DNA from: Desulfobulbus propionicus DSM 2032 | GTDB taxonomy: Bacteria > Desulfobacterota > Desulfobulbia > Desulfobulbales > Desulfobulbaceae | Assembly: GCF_000186885.1 (NCBI RefSeq) | Contig: NC_014972.1 | Coordinates: forward strand, 2,220,001 to 2,252,000 | Length of the DNA stretch: 32,000 nucleotides | Direction: 5' to 3' | Shown here: positions 17,751-24,808 of the stretch, piece by piece | Position numbering within the stretch: position 1 is the stretch's first letter | Layout: each line of letters begins with the position of its first letter | Program-made: the position numbers and the translations under genes | Notes under the pieces: generated by a model | Seen by the model: only the letters and a program-made list of their open reading frames with translations | The model's database searches: none | What the model was told of the DNA's origin: nothing

Positions 17751-19085
17751 TTAAAACTTGGATTTGCGCAGCACCCACCAGGGGGCCATGCTGGAATCGA
17801 GATGGGAGCGGCAGGTTATCTCCCGCATTGTTGCCAAGGCGCTGCCAATCCGCTGGAAAAAGGTGAAATGGGGAAGCAGCGGCAGCAGCCAGGCCAAACG
17901 CAAATCCTCGGCTGGCCGGTCCGAGACCAGTGCGACATGAGCCGCAAAGAGCATGATACTGATCAGCAGGTAAAAGAGATAGACGAGAAACCAGATGGCC
18001 ATGACCAGTGCCGGCGGGTACAGGAAAAACAAGGCCAGGCTGTAGAAAAGAATGATGAACGGCATCACCACCTGAAAAAACAACCCGGTCCACACCTGCA
18101 GGATCAGGTTGCGCCATCCCAGCAGGGCGGGCGAAAAACTGAGCGGGTGCTTGCGGATGTACAGGTAGTAGAGGTCGCCGTCCCATCGCTGCCGCTGCTT
18201 GAAAAAACCACGCCAGGTGGCGGGAACATCAGTGTGGCCGATGGCATGGGGTTCAAAGACGATGCGCAGGTGGGGATGACGGCCAAAATAATTTTTGATC
18301 CGCAGCGTCAGGTCGAGATCTTCCGCCGTGCCGGTGTCCCAGCCGCCGATTTTATCAATGAAACTGCGACGGAACACTCCAAAGGCGCCTGAGATGTTGT
18401 TGACCGTGTTGAATTCGCTCAAACCGACCCTGCTCAGCTGAATGGACAGCAGGTACTCGATCGCCTGCAGCCGGGTGATCAGGTTGACCCGCCAGTTGCG
18501 CACCCGCAGACATCCCGCCACGCCGACCACATGAGGGTCCTCGAAATGGCGGGTGGCGTGACGGACCATGTCGTTATCAAAGGAAGTATCGCCGTCCAGG
18601 GCCATGACAATCGAACCTTTGGCCAAGTGCAGGCCGAGGTTGAGCGAGGATACCCGGCCGCCTCGCTGCCATTTCGGCACCACCATCAGGGAACGGTTAC
18701 CCAACCGGCTGACGACGGGTTGCATGGTCAGGGCTGCCTGGTGGGTGTCCCTGTTGTCCACGGCACCGTCGATCAGGGCGATGATTTCTATCGGGCCGGA
18801 ATAGCGCTGTTCCGCCAAGGAGAGAATGGTTCGCCGCACGTCGTTGCCCTCGCCGTAGCAGGTGATCAGGCAGCTCACCCGGGGAAAAAAGGTGCGTTCC
18901 TCGCGGACCGCCGCATCCTGCCGCAGGGCATACCGGACCACACCCAGCAGAATGAACAGGTAGACCGGCAATTCCAGAAAAAGCACAAAAGGAATGAATT
19001 TAATCAGGAGTTCCATCCATCCCGCGGTGAACGGCATGACCGCCAGCAGGCAGAAGGCGCTCCAGGTTTCAAGAATAATATCCAT
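17751..19085 (-). CDS. Processive-type family 2 glycosyltransferase (membrane-embedded polysaccharide synthase, PgaC/IcaA/NodC/BcsA-like core)
   Basis: ORF 17751..19136. Start set at MDIILETW (19085), with GGAGG 9 nt upstream and only 1 nt after the upstream stop. Motifs are IALIDG (D1), ALDGDT (DxD), GGWDTGTAEDLDL (catalytic ED) and QRQRW (18183-18197). There are 2 N-terminal and about 4 C-terminal TM helices and no PilZ domain. Confidence 0.85.
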   Translation of the reverse strand: MDIILETWSAFCLLAVMPFTAGWMELLIKFIPFVLFLELPVYLFILLGVVRYALRQDAAVREERTFFPRVSCLITCYGEGNDVRRTILSLAEQRYSGPIEIIALIDGAVDNRDTHQAALTMQPVVSRLGNRSLMVVPKWQRGGRVSSLNLGLHLAKGSIVMALDGDTSFDNDMVRHATRHFEDPHVVGVAGCLRVRNWRVNLITRLQAIEYLLSIQLSRVGLSEFNTVNNISGAFGVFRRSFIDKIGGWDTGTAEDLDLTLRIKNYFGRHPHLRIVFEPHAIGHTDVPATWRGFFKQRQRWDGDLYYLYIRKHPLSFSPALLGWRNLILQVWTGLFFQVVMPFIILFYSLALFFLYPPALVMAIWFLVYLFYLLISIMLFAAHVALVSDRPAEDLRLAWLLPLLPHFTFFQRIGSALATMREITCRSHLDSSMAPWWVLRKSKF

Positions 19086-19086
19086 G

Positions 19087-20484
19087 TTACGCGAATCCTC
19101 CTTCCAGGCGGGCAAGGAGCAGCTTTCCGGTTTCACCGGGGATGATATCCTCCGGGGCGGTGAAGACCACGGTCTCGAAGTCTAGCTCGCCCCCCTCGGC
19201 TCGGTGGATCATGCTCCGCAGGGCAAGAATGCGCGCCAACACCACCTCGTGGCTCGGCCGTCCGGTCTTGGGCAGCAGCAGCCACAGCATCTGCTGCCCG
19301 GTGCGGGTGGTCAGGTCCGTGGTTCGCACCAGTTCGCGCAGCCGCTGGGCCAAGGCATCCACCAGCTCCGCCGCCGTCTGTTTGCCGTGCTGGACGTCGA
19401 GTTCCAACAGATTGGTCAGCTTGATGCCGATGATGGTGAAGCGCTCCTCCGCATGCCGGCGGGCCAGGTCAATCAGCCAGCCAACCAGCTGCATGAAATA
19501 GCTGGGCGGAACGCTGTTGACCGTATCGAGCAGGGCAAACAGATCCTCCATGGTGCCGCTCTTGGCGGCTTGCCCCCCCAGATCGGTCAGCTCGTAGGTG
19601 AAGATCTGGCCGGGGATCAGCTTCTCCGGTGGCGACGGCGTGCCGCAGTGCATGCAATGGGCCTGCACCTCGGGATCGATGAACACGTGGCCACAGCCCT
19701 GGCATTCGTAATTCTCCAACGGACGATCGTAGTCCGCGCCGATATGGCGCAACCGGGCGGCGCACTTCGGACACTGGAGCGCCCCCTTTTCGACAAACCG
19801 CTCCTCCGGGGCCACCATGCCGCAGGTGAAGCAATGGAGGAAGGGTTTTTGCAAGATGTTGATGCCGCCGCAGCTCGGACAGCAATCGATGAAATTGAGA
19901 TGCACCCCATGGCAGGCCGGACAGTGCCGAAGGCGGTCGACCAGGGTGGCACGCCGGATCAATTTCCGCTCACCCATCGATGCAAGCCGCGAGGCGACCA
20001 GCTGCGCCGACCCCAGCATGGCCTCCAGCGCCGGATACGCATAAAAGGCTTGATTGGACCAGAGCCGTCGCGGGGCAAGCGCCTCAACGGCACGGGACAG
20101 CATGTAGCCGGCGATGCGGAGCACGTCGCTGGCGTCCGGCGCAAAGAGGGAGGCGTCCAGCTGCGCCAGCCGCGCGACAAGGGTGCGGCCACGATCGCGG
20201 GCCTCTTCCGGTGAGGCGACGATGCCGTCGCTGAGGTCATCGTCCGGATCGCCCAGCGGGCTGGTGGTCAAAATCGGCTGCAGGCCAGTGCGTGGATCCC
20301 GGCGCAGTGCCCGCACGATACGGACGGACTCGTGGTGTTCACCGGTGGCGACGACAAACACCGTGGATCGGGTCGTTGTCGGCGCGAGGCTGTCGAAATC
20401 GGTCGCGCATCGGACATGCGCACCTTCCGGCGGTTCCTGTCCAAGGCAGGAGGCAGGGGAAGAGACGATATAGATCAGTTCCAT
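19087..20484 (-). CDS. Soluble regulator: receiver-like N-domain + triple zinc-ribbon module + degenerate GGDEF domain with intact I-site (putative c-di-GMP receptor)
   Basis: 465 aa with no TM helix. Six CxxC pairs fall between residues 188 and 280. The C-terminal ~150 aa align by eye to GGDEF domains, with GQQML in place of GGDEF and RTTD at the canonical RxxD I-site position. It is the first gene of the operon. Confidence 0.7.
   Translation of the reverse strand: MELIYIVSSPASCLGQEPPEGAHVRCATDFDSLAPTTTRSTVFVVATGEHHESVRIVRALRRDPRTGLQPILTTSPLGDPDDDLSDGIVASPEEARDRGRTLVARLAQLDASLFAPDASDVLRIAGYMLSRAVEALAPRRLWSNQAFYAYPALEAMLGSAQLVASRLASMGERKLIRRATLVDRLRHCPACHGVHLNFIDCCPSCGGINILQKPFLHCFTCGMVAPEERFVEKGALQCPKCAARLRHIGADYDRPLENYECQGCGHVFIDPEVQAHCMHCGTPSPPEKLIPGQIFTYELTDLGGQAAKSGTMEDLFALLDTVNSVPPSYFMQLVGWLIDLARRHAEERFTIIGIKLTNLLELDVQHGKQTAAELVDALAQRLRELVRTTDLTTRTGQQMLWLLLPKTGRPSHEVVLARILALRSMIHRAEGGELDFETVVFTAPEDIIPGETGKLLLARLEGGFA
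19090..19551 (-). other. Degenerate GGDEF-like domain (inactive cyclase fold with I-site)
   Basis: DTVNSVPPSYF replaces D-x-LTGLPNRR-x-F. IGIKLT replaces the metal-binding (L/I)D(L/I)D. RTTD-LTTRT-GQQML (nt 19285-19326) matches the RxxD-x5-GGDEF spacing, with the I-site kept and the active site lost. The WLLLPKT continuation matches the canonical xxLLPxT. Confidence 0.65.
19645..19923 (-). other. Three tandem CxxC...CxxC zinc-ribbon units
   Basis: The Cys pairs are 188/191+202/205 (CPACH...CPSCG), 218/221+238/241 (CFTCG...CPKCA) and 261/264+277/280 (CQGCG...CMHCG). Confidence 0.7.
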
Positions 20485-20607
20485 CGATTTTTTTCAGAAA
20501 CCTTTTTTTGTTGCACAACGTGCTCCCACGCCTGTCGCGGATGCGCATGGCCGGAGAGGCGAAAGAGGCGGTTGCCGACGATGATAGGTGAGGAGAGGGC
20601 GGCCATT

Positions 20608-20660
20608 CAAGAAAAATAATTCCCGAATGATAAAATTTACCAAAAGTTGACTTAAGACTT
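20608..20660 (-). promoter_or_regulatory. AT-rich putative promoter region for the EPS-type operon
   Basis: This is the only AT-rich stretch in the 351-nt divergent intergenic region. Minus-strand candidates are TTAAGT-N17-TATCAT (plus 20650-20655 and 20627-20632) or TTGGTA-N16-AATTAT. Both match the consensus only moderately. Confidence 0.25.
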
Positions 20661-20835
20661 GGAGTCGGCCGATACCATTTAATACCGGCCGCCTCATGCC
20701 CGATCCCCCCGGATGCACGGAAAAATCCCTTGAAAAAGTTGCGTTTCTATACTTTAGACAGAAAGGAAAACCAAGGGCTTGCGTGTGACTCCGCAAGGCC
20801 GATCACGACAACCATCACGCTGTTGGGGGGCATCC

Positions 20836-21660
20836 ATGCGGGAAGACATGCACCATGTGTTGCGGCGGATCGCCGGCGGAACGGGCAAGATCACCATACT
20901 GACCGGAGCCGGAATCTCGGCCGAAAGCGGCATTCCCACCTTTCGTGGACCGGAAGGCTACTGGACGGTGGGTTCGCAGGTCTATCACCCCCAAGAGATG
21001 GCCACCTTCCACATGTTCTGCCAGATGCCCGACGAGGTGTGGAAATGGTACCTGTACCGCATGGGCGTGTGCGGCGCGGCCCAGCCCAACCCGGGACATC
21101 TAGCCCTGGTGGACATGGAGCGCCACTTCGGCGACCGCTTCACCCTCATCACCCAGAATGTCGACGGCCTCCATCTGCGTGCCGGCAATACCCTGGCCCG
21201 CACCTATCAGATCCACGGCAACGTCTTTTACATGCGCTGCTCGCTGGAATGCAGCGAGGCGGTGCATCCCATTCCGCCGGCGGTCAAGCCCAAAACCAAG
21301 GACCAGGATTTGACCGACAGTGACCGCGAGCTGCTGCGCTGCCCGCTGTGCGGTGCCCGGTCCCGGCCGCACATCCTCCTGTTCGACGAAAGCTATAACG
21401 AGCATCACTACCATTTCTACAGCTCGCTCAAGGCCGCCCAACAGACGGAGCTGCTCATCGTGGTCGGCACCGCCGGCGCCACCAATCTGCCCAACCAGGT
21501 GGCCCGCGAAGTCTACCAGCGCGATGGAGTGATCATCGATATCAATATCGAGACCAATCCCTTTGCCCAGCTGGCCGAAAAGAGCACCTGCGGGTTTGCT
21601 CTTCAGGAGCCGAGCGCGTCGGCCCTGCCCGCCCTTTTCAAGGTCATGACCGCCGCCTGA
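20836..21660 (+). CDS. cobB: NAD-dependent protein deacylase (sirtuin, CobB-like)
   Basis: ORF 20779 (TTG)..21660, start set at ATG20836 (MREDMHH). Motifs are LTGAGISAESGIPTFRG, ITQNVDGLH and the catalytic-His region YQIHGN. Zn-site cysteines occur in CSLEC...CPLCG. Confidence 0.88.
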   Translation: MREDMHHVLRRIAGGTGKITILTGAGISAESGIPTFRGPEGYWTVGSQVYHPQEMATFHMFCQMPDEVWKWYLYRMGVCGAAQPNPGHLALVDMERHFGDRFTLITQNVDGLHLRAGNTLARTYQIHGNVFYMRCSLECSEAVHPIPPAVKPKTKDQDLTDSDRELLRCPLCGARSRPHILLFDESYNEHHYHFYSSLKAAQQTELLIVVGTAGATNLPNQVAREVYQRDGVIIDINIETNPFAQLAEKSTCGFALQEPSASALPALFKVMTAA

Positions 21661-21789
21661 GCGTCACTCGCCTCGCACCGGCCCCGCGCCTGCCAGGAAA
21701 GGAACACTACTTGCGGACGGCAGATTTTGGTGCGCCGCCCTCGATTATACCGTAACCATTTGAAACAAAAAGATATTCACAAGAGAGAG

Positions 21790-21818
21790 TTGACCTTGCG
21801 CACAGGACAGCTTATTTT
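21790..21818 (+). promoter_or_regulatory. Candidate sigma70-type promoter for pdxH
   Basis: TTGACC (21790-21795), a 17-nt spacer, then TATTTT (21813-21818), about 30 nt upstream of the pdxH ATG. Confidence 0.4.
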
Positions 21819-21850
21819 GCTGCCGTATCGACGCCTCAAGGAGAACCCAA

Positions 21851-22489
21851 ATGGACATTAAAGGATTGCGCAAAGAATACTCTAACCCGGTCCTCAAGCG
21901 GGACATGCTGGCCGCCGATCCCGTTGATCAGTTTGCGCACTGGTTTCAGGAGGCCTGCGATGCCGGGCTGCCCGAACCCAACGCCATGACCCTGGCCACG
22001 GTCGGGGCAGACGGCCAACCCACCCTGCGCACCGTTCTGCTCAAGCTGTTTGATACAAACGGTTTCGTCTTCTACACCAACTACGGCAGCCGCAAGGCCC
22101 GGCAGATCGGCGAGAACCACAAGGTCGCCCTGCTCTTCCCCTGGGTCAAGCTGGCGCGCCAAGTGGCGATCACCGGCACGGCGGAAAAGGTCAGCTCGGC
22201 CGAATCGGCCCGCTACTTCGCCAGCCGGCCGCGCGAGAGCCAGTTAGGCGCCTGGATCTCCAAGCAGAGCGCCGTGCTCACCTCGCGTCAGCTGCTGATG
22301 ATGGAATTGGAGAAAATGAAGAACAAGTTTCTCAAGGGCGAGATTCCCTTGCCTGATTTCTGGGGAGGGTATCGGGTTCGGCCGGACACGGTTGAATTTT
22401 GGCAGGGCCAGACCAGCCGACTGCATGACCGGTTTCTCTACACCCGCCAGCAAGGAAATGCCTGGTGCATCGAACGGCTGGCCCCCTGA
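21851..22489 (+). CDS. pdxH: Pyridoxamine 5'-phosphate oxidase
   Basis: 212 aa. It has LATVGADGQPTLRTVLLK, EFWQGQTSRLHDRF and the C-terminal ...IERLAP, all typical of PdxH. A GGAG SD lies upstream. Confidence 0.92.
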   Translation: MDIKGLRKEYSNPVLKRDMLAADPVDQFAHWFQEACDAGLPEPNAMTLATVGADGQPTLRTVLLKLFDTNGFVFYTNYGSRKARQIGENHKVALLFPWVKLARQVAITGTAEKVSSAESARYFASRPRESQLGAWISKQSAVLTSRQLLMMELEKMKNKFLKGEIPLPDFWGGYRVRPDTVEFWQGQTSRLHDRFLYTRQQGNAWCIERLAP

Positions 22490-22496
22490 ACCACCT

Positions 22497-22552
22497 CTCG
22501 GTGCGCAGATACGTGTTGGCCATGGGCCGTATCTCACCGAGCTTTCTTTTTT
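22497..22552 (+). terminator. Rho-independent terminator after pdxH
   Basis: A two-part stem pairs ctcggtg(cgc)agatacg (22497-22513) with cgtatctcaccgag (22528-22541). That is 14 bp with a 3-nt bulge and a 14-nt loop. It is followed by ctttcttttttcc. Confidence 0.8.
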
Positions 22553-22578
22553 CCACCTTTTCTCAACGGACTTGATCC

Positions 22579-24789
22579 ATGCGAATCCTGTTGCTTTGCT
22601 CCTGCATCCTGACCCTGGCTATCAACGCCCTGGCCGAAGAACCCAAGACCGCTCCTCCGGCCGGCGCCCCGCCCCTGCTGACCGCACCGGCCCCGCAGCC
22701 GGCGCCGGAAAGCAAGCCGCCGGCTTGGCTGCCGCAGCCAGGGCAAGCCCCGCCATCTCTCTCGCCCGCCGCAAGGCCGGCTGCCGACAAACCACAGACC
22801 GAGAAACCGGCCGTCTCGCCGGCGGCAACGGCTAAACCCGCGGTCGACAAACCGGCGGCACCGCAACAAACTGAAATCGCGCCGGCGGCCAAACAGAACA
22901 AAACAGCCAAAAAGAACGCCAAGAACAACAGTCAGCGGGCCAAAACCACAGCCAAGAAATTCGGCCGGGGAAACGATGTCCCCCCGCTGATTGCCGGCGC
23001 GGTCGACGACTCGGAATCGGCCCGGCAACAGGCCTCCCTGTGGCACCAGGTGCTGGATCTCCCCCTGACGCTTCGTCAAGTCACGGCCACGCCGCCGCTG
23101 CTGGCCGGCATTCGTCCGCAGCACACCAAAGCCGCGGTCGAGGAGTCCGAGCCACTGTTCAAATTTGAATCAGCGTTGGCCAAGCGGCTGGCGCAGCAGG
23201 AGGAGAAGGAGCAGAAAATCAGCAGCACCCTGGACATGCTCACCTCGCTGGTCGATCTGCAGCACAACATCAAGCAGCAGATCTCGATTCTTTCCAAAAA
23301 GCTGAAGACCAGCGGTTCGGAAACCGAGAAACAGGCCTTGCAGGAAGAGTTGGCCAAACTGGACAAACAGCTGTCCGAAACTGGAGCCGATTTCGAACGC
23401 ATCGCCACCGGCATCGAGCCCCAGGTCTTTTCCGAGCAAAAAGACGTGAGTTTCAGTTGGAAGGAGGAGCTGGCCACCCTGCTCGAACCGAGCATCAAGG
23501 AACTGAAACAGCTCACCGCTCGGGCACGGCAGAAATCGGAACTCAAGGAAACCATCGATGAGTACCACGAACAGGTCGTCACGGCTCAACGCGCGGTGGA
23601 ACACCTCAACCAGCTGATCAACGAGACCAAGGATCCGAACATCAAGGCCTATCTGGGCGAACTGATGCCCGCCTGGCAGCACATGGAGAAACGGATCGGC
23701 AGTAAATTGGAACTGGCGCAGCGGGAACTGGCCAAGCTGGAAGACAAGGATGTCTCGCTGCTGGAAAGCTCGGGCAATTCAGTGCGCGAATTTTTCCGTG
23801 ACCGCGGCTGGTACCTGCTCATCGCTCTGCTCGCCTTCGTGGTCATTCTTCTGGCCTTCCGCCTGATCGCCCGCCTGCTTTTTTTCATCCTGCCGGGCGC
23901 GCGCAAGGAACAGCGGCCCCTCCACGTCCGCATCCTGGACATCTTTTTCCAGATCTTTTCGGTGATCTCGGCCATTTGCGGCCTGATCTTCGTTCTCTAC
24001 ACCGCCGAGGATTGGCTTTTGCTCAGCGCCGCCATCATCCTCCTGGTCGGCATCGCCTGGACAGTGCGCCAGACCCTGCCCAAGATGTGGCAGCAGGTTC
24101 GGCTGCTGCTCAACATGGGCTCGATCCGCGAGGGCGAACGGGTGGTCTACCAGGGCGTGCCCTGGCGGGTGGAATCGCTCAACGTGTTCTGCAAGCTCTA
24201 CAACCCAGACCTGGGCATGCACCTGCGTATTCCGGTGGAAAACATGATCGGCCTGATCTCAAGGCCCTATCACAACGACGAGCCCTGGTTCCCCTGCAAA
24301 CGGGGCGACTGGATCGCCATTGACGGCAAGCCCTTTGCCAAGGTGGTCAGCCTCTCGCACGAACAGGTCGAGGTGGTCGAACTGGGAGGACGGCGCACGG
24401 TCTACCGGACCGCTGATTTTCTGAGCAAGTCGCCGGCCAACCTGTCGAGCAACTTCAACCTGCGGGTGGTCTTTGGCCTCTCTTATGCCCTGCAGGCCGA
24501 AATCACCACCACGGTCCTGGACACGTTGAAGACCTTCATCCACAAAAAAATGGAAGAGCATGGGTATGCCGAGGACTGCCTCAGCCTGTCGGTGGATTTT
24601 CTCCAGGCCGGCCCCTCTTCCCTTGACGTGGCGGTGCTGGCCGATTTCAAGGGCGACCAGGCCCCGGCCTATCGCCGGATCGAACGGGCCCTGGCCAAAT
24701 GGTGTGTCGAGTGCTGTAATGCCAACAATTGGGAAATCCCCTTCCCGCAGATGACCGTGCACCTGCCCGGTTCGGAAGGCACGGCCTGA
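22579..24789 (+). CDS. MscS-family mechanosensitive channel with long periplasmic N-terminal extension (MscK/MscM-like architecture)
   Basis: 736 aa. It has a signal peptide (MRILLLCSCILTLAINALA), a Pro/Ala/Lys-rich low-complexity region at aa ~21-130 and a coiled-coil region to aa ~400. TM helices start at aa 411. An MscS-like beta-domain follows (IREGERVVYQGVPWRVESLNVF). Confidence 0.75.
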   Translation: MRILLLCSCILTLAINALAEEPKTAPPAGAPPLLTAPAPQPAPESKPPAWLPQPGQAPPSLSPAARPAADKPQTEKPAVSPAATAKPAVDKPAAPQQTEIAPAAKQNKTAKKNAKNNSQRAKTTAKKFGRGNDVPPLIAGAVDDSESARQQASLWHQVLDLPLTLRQVTATPPLLAGIRPQHTKAAVEESEPLFKFESALAKRLAQQEEKEQKISSTLDMLTSLVDLQHNIKQQISILSKKLKTSGSETEKQALQEELAKLDKQLSETGADFERIATGIEPQVFSEQKDVSFSWKEELATLLEPSIKELKQLTARARQKSELKETIDEYHEQVVTAQRAVEHLNQLINETKDPNIKAYLGELMPAWQHMEKRIGSKLELAQRELAKLEDKDVSLLESSGNSVREFFRDRGWYLLIALLAFVVILLAFRLIARLLFFILPGARKEQRPLHVRILDIFFQIFSVISAICGLIFVLYTAEDWLLLSAAIILLVGIAWTVRQTLPKMWQQVRLLLNMGSIREGERVVYQGVPWRVESLNVFCKLYNPDLGMHLRIPVENMIGLISRPYHNDEPWFPCKRGDWIAIDGKPFAKVVSLSHEQVEVVELGGRRTVYRTADFLSKSPANLSSNFNLRVVFGLSYALQAEITTTVLDTLKTFIHKKMEEHGYAEDCLSLSVDFLQAGPSSLDVAVLADFKGDQAPAYRRIERALAKWCVECCNANNWEIPFPQMTVHLPGSEGTA

Positions 24790-24808
24790 ATTGCCCCGGA
24801 CACGATTT

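Noticed and set aside
19086-19136. Longer starts for the GT2 gene (ATG19136) and for the sirtuin (TTG20779).
   Set aside because: ATG19085 has a GGAGG SD and abuts the upstream stop, whereas 19136 would overlap the regulator gene by 50 nt. For the sirtuin, ATG20836 gives the usual short N-terminus before the Rossmann GAGIS motif.
20485-20720. A possible c-di-GMP (GEMM-I/II) riboswitch in the leader of the EPS-type operon.
   Set aside because: I could not find the conserved GEMM core elements (paired hairpins with a GNRA tetraloop/receptor, conserved ACGCACAGGGCAAACC-like segment) on the minus-strand leader. An Infernal scan would be needed to exclude it formally.
20836-21660. The Sir2-domain protein as a possible anti-phage defence effector (Thoeris/DSR-like), or as part of the neighbouring operon.
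   Set aside because: It is a compact 274-aa canonical sirtuin with the NAD-binding GAGISAESGIPTFRG motif, a catalytic His and a Zn-Cys4 module. It has no extra sensor or effector domains and no partner genes. It is divergently transcribed from the EPS-type operon, and pdxH follows it. It is most simply a CobB-type protein deacylase.
23038-23055. TGGCAC-containing sequences examined as sigma54 promoters (also near 9590, 11748, 12066 and 30434).
   Set aside because: None has the GG-N10-GC spacing with a TTGC -12 element. All but the one near 9590, which sits in the 9571-9701 intergenic gap, lie inside coding regions.
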